Assembly: GCA_018655015.1 (NCBI GenBank)
Contig: JABIKK010000008.1
Location: forward strand, 8,791-72,790
From: Candidatus Woesearchaeota archaeon
GTDB lineage: Archaea > Nanobdellota > Nanobdellia > SCGC-AAA011-G17 > UBA489
Direction of reading: 5' to 3'
Length of the DNA: 64,000 nucleotides
The stretch's first letter is position 1. Each line of letters begins with the position of its first letter. Of the stretch, positions 48,072 to 58,045 are shown piece by piece. Position numbers and translations under genes: made by a program. The notes beneath the pieces were generated by a model. That model ran no database searches. It was not told where the DNA came from and saw only the letters and a program-made list of their open reading frames with translations.

Positions 48072-51000
48072 TTTTAAACTTACTACTTTTGAGATTCCTG
48101 TTTCATGCATACTAACCCCATATACATAATCTGCTTCTGTGATAACATTGTCATTGTGTGAGATCATGATGTATTGTGCAGTTTCTGAGTATTTTGAGAC
48201 TAATTCTGAAAGTAGTTCGGAGTTTCTTTTGTCCAATGCTGCATCAACTTCATCTAGTAGGTAGAATGCCATTGGTTGGAATTCTTGGATTGCGAAAATA
48301 AATGCTAATGCAGCCATTGTTTTTTCTCCACCTGAAAGAGATTTAATATCTAAGAATCTATTTCCTGTAATTCTAACTCTTATATCGATTCCGCCACTTA
48401 AAGGGTCTTCTTTATTTTCTAGTTCCATACTGGCTTCACCTTTCTTTGAGAGTGATAAGAAAATTCTTCCGAAGTTACTGTTTAGTTGTTTGAATGTTTT
48501 CATGAATATTGATTTTTTATTTTTTTCAATTTCAACTATCATATTAAGAACATCTTCTCTTTCTGTGTCTAATGTATCTCTCTTTTCTATTAGCCTAGTG
48601 TATTCCTTTAGAATTTCTTCGTAAACTTCTAATGCTCGCATGTTCACATTCCCTATTTTGCTAAGCATGGATTCAAAATTTCTAATTTCTAACTTTAATT
48701 CTTCTACAGTCATGCCTCTTCTTAGTTGAATTCCCTTAAATTCTTCAAATTCACCATTTAGAGCCTCTACTTCAGCGGTTATCTTGGCTTGGGTTATTGA
48801 GTGTTCATTTATTCTATCATGGATTGTTTTTTCTTTTGAAGCTTCAAGGAGTATGCTTGATTCCAGTTTTTGTATACCTTCGCTTATTTTGTTTCTCTTT
48901 GAGAATAGATCTTTGTATTGTTTTTGGAATTTTGTTTTTTCTGATTCTTTTTTGTTTAATCTTGAAGTTTGTTCTTTCAAAAGTGCGTCTAAGTTGTTCA
49001 GTTCTTTCTTGAATTCATCTGTTTCCTTTTCACTATTTTTTATTAACTGCAGTATTTTTTCTTTTTCAGGAGTGTAAATATTTAATATTTGAATTTCTAT
49101 GTTTTTTACTTGTGTGTTTTTTTCAACAACTTCTTCTCTTGTTTTTAGTCTTCTATTTTCTGATGTTTCTAATTCTCCTTTTCCCTCTGATGGTCCAGAA
49201 GTTCCTCTTAGGTTAGTTCTTTCTATTTTTATTTTTTGAATTTCATTGTTTAAATTATTCATTACTTTTCCAAGTTCTGAGTACTCACTATATGCTTTAT
49301 CTGCTTTAATGGAATCTCTTTGTTTTTTTAGATCTGTTAAACTTAATCCAGAAGAAGTTCTTTCATGCTTGATTATGTCTGCTTCTAATTCAGATTTTTT
49401 GTTTCTTAGTTCTGAAATATTATTTTCGTTTTCTATTTTTCTATTTTCTAATGTTGTTTTAAGCTCATTTGCCTTATCTATTTTTATACTGAGGTTGTCT
49501 AGATCTGAAGATAAACTCTTTTCTTGGAAGCCCAATCCTATTCTCTTAGTTCTGTATCCACCAATCATTGCGCCAGACATTTCTACTAAATCTCCTTCTA
49601 ACGTGACCATTCTTACTTTTCCTATACCTATTCTTCTCGCTGTTTCAATGTTTTCTACAACTAATGTGTTTGCGAATACGTAAGCAAAGATGTCCTTGAA
49701 TTTAGAATCGAAGCTGATTAACTCAATGGCTGAACCGTAGATTCCAGGGCCTTTGATCCTTGTTGCAGGTCTTCCCCTTATTTTATTCATTGGAAGGAAT
49801 GTTGCGATTCCTACTCTGGAAGTTTTTAATGTTTTAATACATTCAGCTGCAACTTTATCATCTTGAACAACTAAAGATCTTGTTCTGGGACCTGCTGCAA
49901 CTTCTAATGCTGTTGAGAATTTCTTTTCTACTTCTCCTAATTCACTTACAGTGCCAAATATTTTTGGGTTTCTAAGGTCCTTTATCTTTTTAATTGCTAG
50001 ATCTACTGAGGCAGATGCTCTCATACTGTTTTTTTGGGTTTGTATTTTGAATAGGCGTTCATTGAGAATTGAATAGTCTTCTTTTACTTTTTTTAATTGG
50101 GTGTACAGAACTGTGTCTTCTGCAGCTCTTTTTTCTAGGTCTCTTGTGAGGTTCTCTAGTTCCTTCTTTGTTTTTTGTAAGTTTGTTGATTTTTCTATTT
50201 CTTCAACTGAAGCTATCTTTTCAGTGATTGTGCTAATGTCTGCATCCAATTTAAATTTTTTTTGTAGGAGTTCTTGATTCCTTTCTTGTAAGTTTTCATA
50301 TTCCTTTAATTTTTCATCTAAATTAGTTTCTATTTTTTCAAGTTCAGTATTGTCAGATAAACCAAGCCTTGATTTGATTTGATTTATTTTTTGCGATTGT
50401 TTTGTTTCCTTTTCCTTTAAATCTTTTATTTGATCTATGAGTTCTTTTTTGCTTTCTTCTAAACCATTGATTGTTTTTTTAGTATCTTCGAAGGAGGTTT
50501 CTAATTGCTTTTTTCTTTCAGATATTTTTGTTATTTCTGATTTACATGAAGATAATCTCTCTGTATTCTTTGCGGTTTCGGTTTTTAGCTGCTCTATGTT
50601 ATCTTGGAGGAGTATTGCTTCTTTCTCTCCTTTTTCTTCAATTTCGTTGTTTAAGTCTTGAAGGTCTTTCTTTTTTTCAGATATTTTGCTTCTAACTTCT
50701 CTTTCATTATCGCCGAATTTCTTTAATTGTGATTCTTGTTTCTTTATTTTTGATTTGACTTCTTCAAGTTTCTTTTCTTTATCCGTTATTTGAACATGAA
50801 GATATGTTGCCTTATTTGATTTGATGTTTTTTTCTAATTTTCTGTATTTTTCTGCTTGATCTTTTTCTTTTTTTAGTTCTCTTAAGTATGCTTCACGTTC
50901 TTTTAGAATTAGACTTACGTCATTAATTTGTAATTCAACTTTCGTTAATGAGTTCATTGCTTTGTTTTTTTTATCTTCAAAGATTGAGATCCCAGCTATT

Positions 51001-51491
51001 TCCTCTATAAGTTCTCTTCTTGGGTCTGGTCTCATTTCCATGAACCTTACAATGTCTCCTTGTAAAATAATATTGTGTCCATCTGGATCAATTTTTGCTG
51101 CAGATAGTAATTCTAGAATTTGTTGTCTTGTTAGAACTTGATCGTTAATTTTATAGACTGAGTTTCCAGTGTTTTTTATAACTCTTGTAAGTTTTACTTC
51201 ATCAGTTTCTATTGGAAATTCTTGGTTATCATTTGAGAAAATAATTGAGACTTCTGCTTCTTTTTGAGGGGATCCTTTTTTACCGCCATTAAAAATTAAG
51301 TTAGAACTTCTTTCTGCACGCATTGACTTTGCTGAAAGTTTTCCAAGAACAAAACAAAGTGCATCCATTACATTTGATTTACCTGAACCATTTGGTCCTA
51401 TAATGCAATTGAAACCTGATCCGAACTCTAGGTCAATTGGTTTAGCGAAGCTTTTGAATCCTTTAAGCCTCATAGATTTAATGATTGCCAT
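48066..51491 (-). CDS. smc: SMC chromosome segregation ATPase
   Basis: Walker A GPNGSGKSN, long coiled coils with a hinge, signature LSGGEKT, Walker B LDEVDAALD. Confidence 0.9.
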   Translation of the reverse strand: MAIIKSMRLKGFKSFAKPIDLEFGSGFNCIIGPNGSGKSNVMDALCFVLGKLSAKSMRAERSSNLIFNGGKKGSPQKEAEVSIIFSNDNQEFPIETDEVKLTRVIKNTGNSVYKINDQVLTRQQILELLSAAKIDPDGHNIILQGDIVRFMEMRPDPRRELIEEIAGISIFEDKKNKAMNSLTKVELQINDVSLILKEREAYLRELKKEKDQAEKYRKLEKNIKSNKATYLHVQITDKEKKLEEVKSKIKKQESQLKKFGDNEREVRSKISEKKKDLQDLNNEIEEKGEKEAILLQDNIEQLKTETAKNTERLSSCKSEITKISERKKQLETSFEDTKKTINGLEESKKELIDQIKDLKEKETKQSQKINQIKSRLGLSDNTELEKIETNLDEKLKEYENLQERNQELLQKKFKLDADISTITEKIASVEEIEKSTNLQKTKKELENLTRDLEKRAAEDTVLYTQLKKVKEDYSILNERLFKIQTQKNSMRASASVDLAIKKIKDLRNPKIFGTVSELGEVEKKFSTALEVAAGPRTRSLVVQDDKVAAECIKTLKTSRVGIATFLPMNKIRGRPATRIKGPGIYGSAIELISFDSKFKDIFAYVFANTLVVENIETARRIGIGKVRMVTLEGDLVEMSGAMIGGYRTKRIGLGFQEKSLSSDLDNLSIKIDKANELKTTLENRKIENENNISELRNKKSELEADIIKHERTSSGLSLTDLKKQRDSIKADKAYSEYSELGKVMNNLNNEIQKIKIERTNLRGTSGPSEGKGELETSENRRLKTREEVVEKNTQVKNIEIQILNIYTPEKEKILQLIKNSEKETDEFKKELNNLDALLKEQTSRLNKKESEKTKFQKQYKDLFSKRNKISEGIQKLESSILLEASKEKTIHDRINEHSITQAKITAEVEALNGEFEEFKGIQLRRGMTVEELKLEIRNFESMLSKIGNVNMRALEVYEEILKEYTRLIEKRDTLDTEREDVLNMIVEIEKNKKSIFMKTFKQLNSNFGRIFLSLSKKGEASMELENKEDPLSGGIDIRVRITGNRFLDIKSLSGGEKTMAALAFIFAIQEFQPMAFYLLDEVDAALDKRNSELLSELVSKYSETAQYIMISHNDNVITEADYVYGVSMHETGISKVVSLKL

Positions 51492-51648
51492 ATTATTGTC
51501 ACTTCTTTTCTATAGAAATAGTTTTCTTCTTTTATAAATGTTGTTCTCTTTTGGGGTTTTAGGCCCTGGGTATGCAGTATATTGGTGCATACTACTTTTT
51601 AAACGTATATGTTTGATGTTATATGTCAACTTGGGGGTTGTTTTGTAA

Positions 51649-52554
51649 ATGAATGATGTAGATCTTGTAACGGAACTTTATAATGATTTAAAGAGAGATT
51701 TGTCTAAAGTTGAAGGTGAAATGGGTGAGATGGTTAGATACGCCGTCTTAAGAAAAGGTGGATTGTTAAGGCCCCAACTTGCAATTAGATCTGGGGAAGT
51801 TTATGGCGTTCCTATGGGTCATATGAAAGGCTCCGCATTACCTCTTGAAAATGTTCATGCAGCTACATTAATTTTAGATGACTCGTCGGCAATGGACGAT
51901 TCAGATACTAGAAATGGAGAAGTTGCATTTCATAAAGTTTATAGTTTAGATAAAACGATATTAACTGCGCAACATTTAACCTCCTCTATAGCTCCTGAAC
52001 TTAATTCTAATAATCTTTATCTTAGCCCAGAAATAAGGATTAAGATTCAAGCTGAATATGCTAAGGCTGCTGAAGGATTATGCATTGGACAATTAGATGA
52101 TTTACATCATAAGCCAGAGAGTTTGGAAGATGTGGTGGAATTGCATCGTAAAAAAACAGGAGTTTTATTTGCTGCAGCAACAGTTATTGGTGGTCTTGCA
52201 GGTAGTGCACCCAAAGAAGAAATTGAAATTTTAAGGGCATTGGGTCATAATTTGGGAATTGCTTACCAAATGGGGGATGACATTTACGACGTTTTAGGTA
52301 ATCCTAAGTTGGGAGGTAAGCCAATTGGTCAAGATGGGAATAAAATTACCGTGTTAGGGTTTATGGAAGTTCATAAGGCTGTTGAGCTTTGGAAAGGTTT
52401 TTATGATAGGGCAGGAAATGATATTGATAATTTGTCCTCTAGATTATTAGCTAGGGAAGAACAAGGATTATTTACAGGTATAGCTTCAGCAGAACCTTTG
52501 CGCCATATGTTGGAAGTTATTAGGAATAAACAAGAAGGCATTATGGCTCTCTAA
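51649..52554 (+). CDS. short-chain trans-polyprenyl diphosphate synthase (GGPP/FPP synthase family)
   Basis: First Asp-rich motif LILDDSSAMDDSDTRNG and second Asp-rich motif GIAYQMGDDIYD. Confidence 0.8.
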   Translation: MNDVDLVTELYNDLKRDLSKVEGEMGEMVRYAVLRKGGLLRPQLAIRSGEVYGVPMGHMKGSALPLENVHAATLILDDSSAMDDSDTRNGEVAFHKVYSLDKTILTAQHLTSSIAPELNSNNLYLSPEIRIKIQAEYAKAAEGLCIGQLDDLHHKPESLEDVVELHRKKTGVLFAAATVIGGLAGSAPKEEIEILRALGHNLGIAYQMGDDIYDVLGNPKLGGKPIGQDGNKITVLGFMEVHKAVELWKGFYDRAGNDIDNLSSRLLAREEQGLFTGIASAEPLRHMLEVIRNKQEGIMAL

Positions 52555-53198
52555 TATTCTGATAAACTCTTTTGTTTTTTAGTATTAGCTACTTTTTCAT
52601 ATGTTGCCCAAGTTCTTCTAAATATCTCTGGACATTTTTCCCAGTTTTCTTTTAAGAATTCTTTTGTTTTAGGATCACTTGGATATCCTGAACCACAATC
52701 TCCGTGCTTATCGTGTAAGTTTTCTATTTCTCTGTCTCTTGTTACTTTTGCCAAAATTGATGCAGCTGAACAAACTTCATAGTTTTCATCTGCTTTATGT
52801 TCCAAGATCATTTCTACTTCTTTGTTTTCAATGAATTGAAATAAGAATTCCTTAAATGCTTCAATATTATTGCTTGGTGCGTCAATTATTACTTTGTCTG
52901 GATTAAGGTTGTTAATTATGTCTGCTATTTTTAGCCCTTCTAGTTTGTTTAAGTTTAGGTCTGGATTGTTTAGGGCAGCGTCTATTTCACCTGGTTCAAC
53001 AATTAGTATGAAGTAATCAGAGATTGCCTTTATTTTATCAAATAAATCTTCTCTTCTTTTTCTTGTTAGTAATTTAGAATCTTTTACTTCTAGGTCTTTT
53101 AGGAGTTTTCTGTTTTCTTCTTCAACCATTACTCCTGCCATGACTAGTGGTCCAATTAAAGGCCCTCTTCCCGCTTCGTCAATTCCACATACTTTCAT
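52551..53198 (-). CDS. rnhB: ribonuclease HII
   Basis: VCGIDEAGRGPLIGPLVMAGV active-site motif. Confidence 0.9.
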   Translation of the reverse strand: MKVCGIDEAGRGPLIGPLVMAGVMVEEENRKLLKDLEVKDSKLLTRKRREDLFDKIKAISDYFILIVEPGEIDAALNNPDLNLNKLEGLKIADIINNLNPDKVIIDAPSNNIEAFKEFLFQFIENKEVEMILEHKADENYEVCSAASILAKVTRDREIENLHDKHGDCGSGYPSDPKTKEFLKENWEKCPEIFRRTWATYEKVANTKKQKSLSEY

Positions 53199-54123
53199 TT
53201 GAATCTTCCTTGTTTAATTGGTTTAATAGTTTTTCTAGTTCTTGAATGTCTTTAGCCCTGCTTAGCTGATCTCTTAGGTGGTGGCTGTTAGATATTCCTT
53301 TTGTGAAATCTAATGATCTCATTTTTAATAATTTGAAATTATGTTCTAGTTTTTTATATTCATTGAATAGATCTAGTTTTTCTTCCGTTGTTTGTTTTAT
53401 TATTTTTCCTGTTTTTAGGTAATGTTGTATTTGTTTGAAAATCCAAGGGTTGTTCCTTGCTGCCCTTCCAACCATTATGTAATCACAGCCCGTTTCTTTT
53501 AGCATTTTTTCAGCCGAAATTGGATCTGTTATATCTCCATTACCTATTATTGGGATTGAAAGATTATCTTTTAATTGTTTGATTAGTTTCCAGTCTGCAT
53601 GTCCTGAATAACCTTGTTCTTGTGTTCTTGCGTGGATTGTTATTGCTGAACATCCTGCAGCTTCAATTACTTTTGCAATTTCTAATGCTTCTGGCTTTTT
53701 GAAACCTGATCGCATTTTGACTGTGATGGGTTTCGGAATGTTTTTAACTAATGCCTCTATTATTTCTTTTATCTTATTTTTTTCTTTAAGTAATGCTGAG
53801 CCGTAGCCTTCTTTTACTATTTTTTTTGATGGGCAACCTAAATTTAGATCTATTACATCAAATTTTTTATGTAGTTTTTTTGCTGCTGCGACTAAAATTT
53901 CTGGATTTCTTCCAAAGAGTTGTAGTCCTACTGGAGAATCTTTTTTAGAAGTTGAAGCCATTTCTATGGTTTTTTTAGAATCTCTTGTTACTGCTAGGGC
54001 AGATATTTGTTCTGTGAATGTCATTGCAACCCTGTATTTTCTACAGAGGAGTCTAAATGGAAGTGAGGTAACTTCAGCCATAGGGGCTAGGATTAATTTG
54101 TTTTTTAGTTTTGGGAACTCCAT
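53179..54123 (-). CDS. dus: tRNA-dihydrouridine synthase
   Basis: LAPMAEVTSLPFR, catalytic NLGCPS, TIM-barrel FMN motifs. The ORF-track N-terminal 21 aa (to 54186) are the translation of the adjacent tRNA gene, so the start is reset to MEFPKLK at 54123. Confidence 0.85.
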   Translation of the reverse strand: MEFPKLKNKLILAPMAEVTSLPFRLLCRKYRVAMTFTEQISALAVTRDSKKTIEMASTSKKDSPVGLQLFGRNPEILVAAAKKLHKKFDVIDLNLGCPSKKIVKEGYGSALLKEKNKIKEIIEALVKNIPKPITVKMRSGFKKPEALEIAKVIEAAGCSAITIHARTQEQGYSGHADWKLIKQLKDNLSIPIIGNGDITDPISAEKMLKETGCDYIMVGRAARNNPWIFKQIQHYLKTGKIIKQTTEEKLDLFNEYKKLEHNFKLLKMRSLDFTKGISNSHHLRDQLSRAKDIQELEKLLNQLNKEDSNESMWN

Positions 54124-54132
54124 TTTGAGAAA

Positions 54133-54207
54133 TAGCGAGGGCTGGATTTGAACCAGCGACCTCCGGGTTATGAGCCCGACGGACACTCCTAACTGTCCTA
54201 CCTCGCT
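54133..54207 (-). tRNA. initiator tRNA-Met (anticodon CAU), archaeal type
   Basis: Reverse complement AGCGAGGTAGGACAG...TCGGG-CTCATAA-CCCGG...GCTGGTTCAAATCCAGCCCTCGCTA. A1:U72 pair, three consecutive G:C pairs closing the anticodon stem, CAT anticodon. Confidence 0.8.
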
Positions 54208-54229
54208 GTGCTATAGGACTGATAGTTCT

Positions 54230-54237
54230 CTTTTAAG
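54230..54237 (-). promoter_or_regulatory. putative TATA box (TTAAAAG) about 24-30 nt upstream of tRNA-iMet
   Basis: AT-rich element at archaeal TATA distance on the minus strand. Confidence 0.3.
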
Positions 54238-54250
54238 GTTTTTGATAAGA

Positions 54251-55042
54251 TTATTCAGAAAGTTTAGCTCTAATTTGTTCAGGGAGGTAAATACTAAAAT
54301 TACTGTCTGGGTGATAAGTTGCGAATCCTGATTCGGATCTGTCTAATCCTCTTCTGGATTCATCTTTTTTTAATGCTCTTTTAGCTGCAAACATTGCTTG
54401 ATCTGCATTTTTAATTGTCTCCACCATACTGTTTTCTTTAGGTGAATATAATGCGGCTCCAATTGAAGATGGTTGGCATTTTAGGTCTTGATTCATTGCA
54501 CCTGCAACTCTAAATCCAATATTTTCTAATGCTTGGTATGTTTTAACTCTTGGGAGTAGAACTAAAAATTCATCTCCGCCAATTCTGCCCAATTCTGAAT
54601 CTTCTGTTAATTTTCTGAAAACAATATCTTCTTCTAATGAATATGTCCTTCTATCTTTACTGAGTTCATATACGGTTCTTCTAGATTTTCTTCTATCTCC
54701 TTTGTGACCTGTACGGAATATGTTGGATAAAGTCTCTGCAGTGTCAGTTAATACTTGGTCTCCTGCATCATGACCCTGAAAATCATTCACTTCTTTGAAA
54801 CCCATTAGGTCAAAAAATAGTACTCCTGTGGGTGTTTGAGTTGTCTCAATTTCTTCAACAAGGTGATCAATGCCACTTCTTGCAAGTACTTGAGTTAAGC
54901 TATCTGTGTTCATTGCTTGAAATAGAATTTTTTTTGCATCTTTGTCTGGATATGCTCTGTCATACTCAAATAGTTCCCTGATCCATTCTTGACTAGATGG
55001 TTTGCCATTTGGCATGAATCCTTCTTCGTGTTTGTTTGTCAT
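54251..55042 (-). CDS. GGDEF-domain protein (diguanylate cyclase-like), stand-alone
   Basis: VLFFDLMGFKEVNDFQGHDAGDQVL matches the GGDEF N-terminal consensus (DxDxFKxxNDxxGHxxGDxxL). Intact RIGGDEFLVLLP active-site motif, with a ~35-aa insertion before it. Confidence 0.7.
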   Translation of the reverse strand: MTNKHEEGFMPNGKPSSQEWIRELFEYDRAYPDKDAKKILFQAMNTDSLTQVLARSGIDHLVEEIETTQTPTGVLFFDLMGFKEVNDFQGHDAGDQVLTDTAETLSNIFRTGHKGDRRKSRRTVYELSKDRRTYSLEEDIVFRKLTEDSELGRIGGDEFLVLLPRVKTYQALENIGFRVAGAMNQDLKCQPSSIGAALYSPKENSMVETIKNADQAMFAAKRALKKDESRRGLDRSESGFATYHPDSNFSIYLPEQIRAKLSE

Positions 55043-55179
55043 TTTAAATTCCTCTTCAAGGAGTAATCTGTATTCTATATTCTCTAGTTTGTAGTATATA
55101 AGTGTTTCTAGATGCTATTCACTGCACTTACCGAGGATTTGGGCCAACTTTAATAATTCTTGGAGATTCTTTATTTTAA

Positions 55180-55938
55180 ATGAATAAATCTTTATCTGAA
55201 AGAAATAAGAGAAATGTTAATGTTAGGTGGAACAAGCAATATGAATTATTAAGGAAGCATATTGAGAATTTCCCTAAAGATAGATATTTATTGTTAAAAA
55301 CACGTTTGTCTTCTAATATTGCTGGTGACGGAAGTGTTAGTGTAAGGAAAGAAAATAAAAATCAAAAAAGTGTTCATTATACTATTTCTTTTTATCCCGA
55401 TGAAATGAATATGTTAAATTGTTTTCTTAGGGATTTTGAGGAACTCTATTTGAAAAAGCCTACTGTAAAAAATATGGGGAAATATTATACTGTTCGTGTT
55501 GATTCAAAATTTGCCGTTTTAGATTTATTGGAAGAAACTAACTATGGTTCTTTAGAGTGGAAACTACCGGAAAATTTATTGAAAAATAAAAAACTAAAAG
55601 TTGAATGGTTGAAAGCTTTCTTTGATTGTGAATCTCACGTTGCTAAAAGCTGTATTCAATTACAAAGTGTAAATCAAAAGGGTATAAACCAAATAAAAGG
55701 ATTACTTGAAGAAATAGGCATATCTTGTAAGATCTATAGTTATGAAAGAAAAAATAAAAATTGGAATACAAACTATATCCTTTGCATAATGTCTAAGGAA
55801 GAGAGACTGAAGTATCTTGATAGGATAGGTTTTAATAATCTAAAAAAACTGAAATCTCTAAAAGAGACGCTTTATGCCAGGATGCCCGAGTTGGTTAAGG
55901 GGCCGGTCTCGAAAACCGGTGTCCGCAAGGACATGTAG
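55180..55938 (+). mobile_element. LAGLIDADG-type homing endonuclease-like gene (divergent motifs) whose 3' end overlaps tRNA-Ser
   Basis: Motif 1 LLKTRLSSNIAGDGSVSV and motif 2 WLKAFFDCESHVAKS in the usual two-domain spacing. The last ~20 codons read through the first 63 nt of tRNA-Ser(CGA). Confidence 0.55.
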
Positions 55939-55959
55939 GTTCAAATCCTGCTCCTGGCG
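55876..55959 (+). tRNA. tRNA-Ser (anticodon CGA), class II with long variable arm
   Basis: GCCAGGATGCCCGAGTTGGTTAAGGGG-CCGGT-CTCGAAA-ACCGG-variable arm GTCCGCAAGGAC-...TTCAAAT...TCCTGGCG. Acceptor 7 bp. Confidence 0.8.
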
Positions 55960-56014
55960 CTTATTCTTAAATGAAAAGGATTAAATTTTTAAACATAAAT
56001 TCTAATTTAATGCT

Positions 56015-58000
56015 ATGAAGAAATTACTTATTTTTGGGCTTTTTATACTGATTTTGGCGTCTTTTGTTAATGCTCAAGTTGATTATCAGGGCGAGAATTT
56101 TTTTGCTTCAATGGAACATGAAGGGAATGATAGGGTCTTTACAACTATGTATTTGAATTATACTTTAAGTCAAGATTTTGGGGATGATGGACAAGTTAGA
56201 ATTTATTTAGGAAATATGTGGAAGGGAGAACCAAATTTTAAATTTAGATATGGTTATTGGAATAATTTTAATTTAAACAAACCAACCCTACAGGGTTATT
56301 CAACAGTGCAAATATCTGGTAGGGAATTTACATTATATCAACCAAATGGTTTAGATCTTAAACCTAGCGAATTTGGATTTGAAGTTCATCAATCAAATAA
56401 TTCTAATTCGTTTAAGGCAGGCGACATTATACAATTTACATTAGGGGACACTAGCCAAGGTAGCAAGGGTTATAAATTAAGTAGAGATGCTGCAGAAATT
56501 AATATATTTGTTCAAGAAAAAAAGAATTCAAGCTCTCAATGGGAGTTAGCTTATAATGATTCAATCTTTCCAAAAATTGAAGTAAGTGGAACTAATACAG
56601 AAAGGTTCAAGGTTGTTTCTCGTTCTGCAGGCAATATTGGAGAGAAAATGAAATTAAGGGTTCAGGCTTTGCAGGGCTTTCCAGATAACAAAATTGCTAA
56701 TCCCCTTGTTAGAAATTATACTGGAACTATTGGATTTTATTCCAAAGACCCTACAGTGATTTTACCAAACGATTATACATTTACTTATGACGACAGGGGC
56801 GTTGCAGAGTTGAATATTACTCCTGGCAAAAAAGGTTTATTGAAAATATTTGTTTATGAAAAAGGAAATCAATTAGTTAATGGTACTGTCAATCCTATTA
56901 TTGTTAGGGGTGATGGTAAGTATAAAGATTACTCTGTTTATTGGGGTGCAATTCATACACATTCTTCTATTGGAGGTCATGCATTACATACAACAGATTT
57001 TGCTTATGACTGGGCACATAATGTGGAAGGATTAGATTTCTTTTCTATTGCGGAACATTGTTCAAAAAAATCCTTGGAATTACCATTTGATTGGAAGAAA
57101 CTCAAGGATTATGGCGTAGATTATAGTGACCCTAATGAATTTATTGCATTTTCAGGTTATGAATGGACAAGTAATAAAGAAGGACATAGACATGTTATAT
57201 TAAAGAATGCTGAAGAATGGGACGAGGTGCCTTGTAATTTAAACTCCGTAGGAACATATACTTTATCGGATATTGATGATTTACTTAATAATTTAACTGG
57301 GACTGAGGCATTAGCAATTCCACATCATACTGGCTGGAACTTTGTTGGAGCTGTTAAATGGGGTTCATGGAAAGATCATCCTAACCAGCCTTTAGTTGAA
57401 ATGTATTCTTGGCATGGGGGTTCCGAATTTTATGATAGTGGTTTACCTATGAGATTTTCAACAAGTAATCAACATCCTAAAGGGAGTGGTTTTTTTGTAC
57501 AAGAAGCTTTAAAGGACGGATATAAATTTGGTTTTACTTCTGACTCAGATAATCATGTAGGAAAGCCCGCATCAAATACTAATGGCGGTACATGGGACAA
57601 TTATTATTCAAGGATGGGTATTACTGGAGTTTACACTAAGGAATATAGTCGTGATGCAATCTGGGATGCTTTGAACAATAGAAGAACCTATGGTACTACT
57701 GGTGCTAGGATTTTAGGTTACTTTAGAATTAATGGTCGTTTTGTTGGTAGTGAATTTAATACAAGTAGGAATCCTAGAATAGATGTTAAACTTTATGGAA
57801 CTGATGAATTTAGTGAAGTGTTTGTTTACAGAAATGGTGAAGAATTAGTTTATTATGATCAACCTCTTAAGAAAAATGTTCAGTTTAAGTGGACTGATAA
57901 TAATGTTACTTCTGGAGAATCCTATAGTTATTATGTTAAGGGGATTCAAGAGGACGGCGAGAGAGTTTGGATTTCACCCATTTGGGTTAATTACTTATAA
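56015..58000 (+). CDS. secreted protein with a PHP-like (HxH...) metal-dependent phosphoesterase/DUF3604-like domain
   Basis: Signal peptide MKKLLIFGLFILILASFVNA. WGAIHTHSSIGGH ... FSIAEHC resembles PHP-family metal ligands. Beta-rich N- and C-terminal regions. Confidence 0.45.
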   Translation: MKKLLIFGLFILILASFVNAQVDYQGENFFASMEHEGNDRVFTTMYLNYTLSQDFGDDGQVRIYLGNMWKGEPNFKFRYGYWNNFNLNKPTLQGYSTVQISGREFTLYQPNGLDLKPSEFGFEVHQSNNSNSFKAGDIIQFTLGDTSQGSKGYKLSRDAAEINIFVQEKKNSSSQWELAYNDSIFPKIEVSGTNTERFKVVSRSAGNIGEKMKLRVQALQGFPDNKIANPLVRNYTGTIGFYSKDPTVILPNDYTFTYDDRGVAELNITPGKKGLLKIFVYEKGNQLVNGTVNPIIVRGDGKYKDYSVYWGAIHTHSSIGGHALHTTDFAYDWAHNVEGLDFFSIAEHCSKKSLELPFDWKKLKDYGVDYSDPNEFIAFSGYEWTSNKEGHRHVILKNAEEWDEVPCNLNSVGTYTLSDIDDLLNNLTGTEALAIPHHTGWNFVGAVKWGSWKDHPNQPLVEMYSWHGGSEFYDSGLPMRFSTSNQHPKGSGFFVQEALKDGYKFGFTSDSDNHVGKPASNTNGGTWDNYYSRMGITGVYTKEYSRDAIWDALNNRRTYGTTGARILGYFRINGRFVGSEFNTSRNPRIDVKLYGTDEFSEVFVYRNGEELVYYDQPLKKNVQFKWTDNNVTSGESYSYYVKGIQEDGERVWISPIWVNYL

Positions 58001-58045
58001 TTTACTAAGATATTTAAAGGAAGGATGTCCTTATTTCTATGAATT

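Noticed and set aside
48784-49683. Several plus-strand ORFs inside smc
   Set aside because: Antisense to the coiled-coil region of SMC. Low-complexity L/F/S-rich artefacts.
54124-54186. N-terminal 21 codons of the dus ORF (MSVGLITRRSLVQIQPSLFLK)
   Set aside because: This stretch is the translation of the initiator tRNA gene on the same strand. The real start is the internal Met at 54123.
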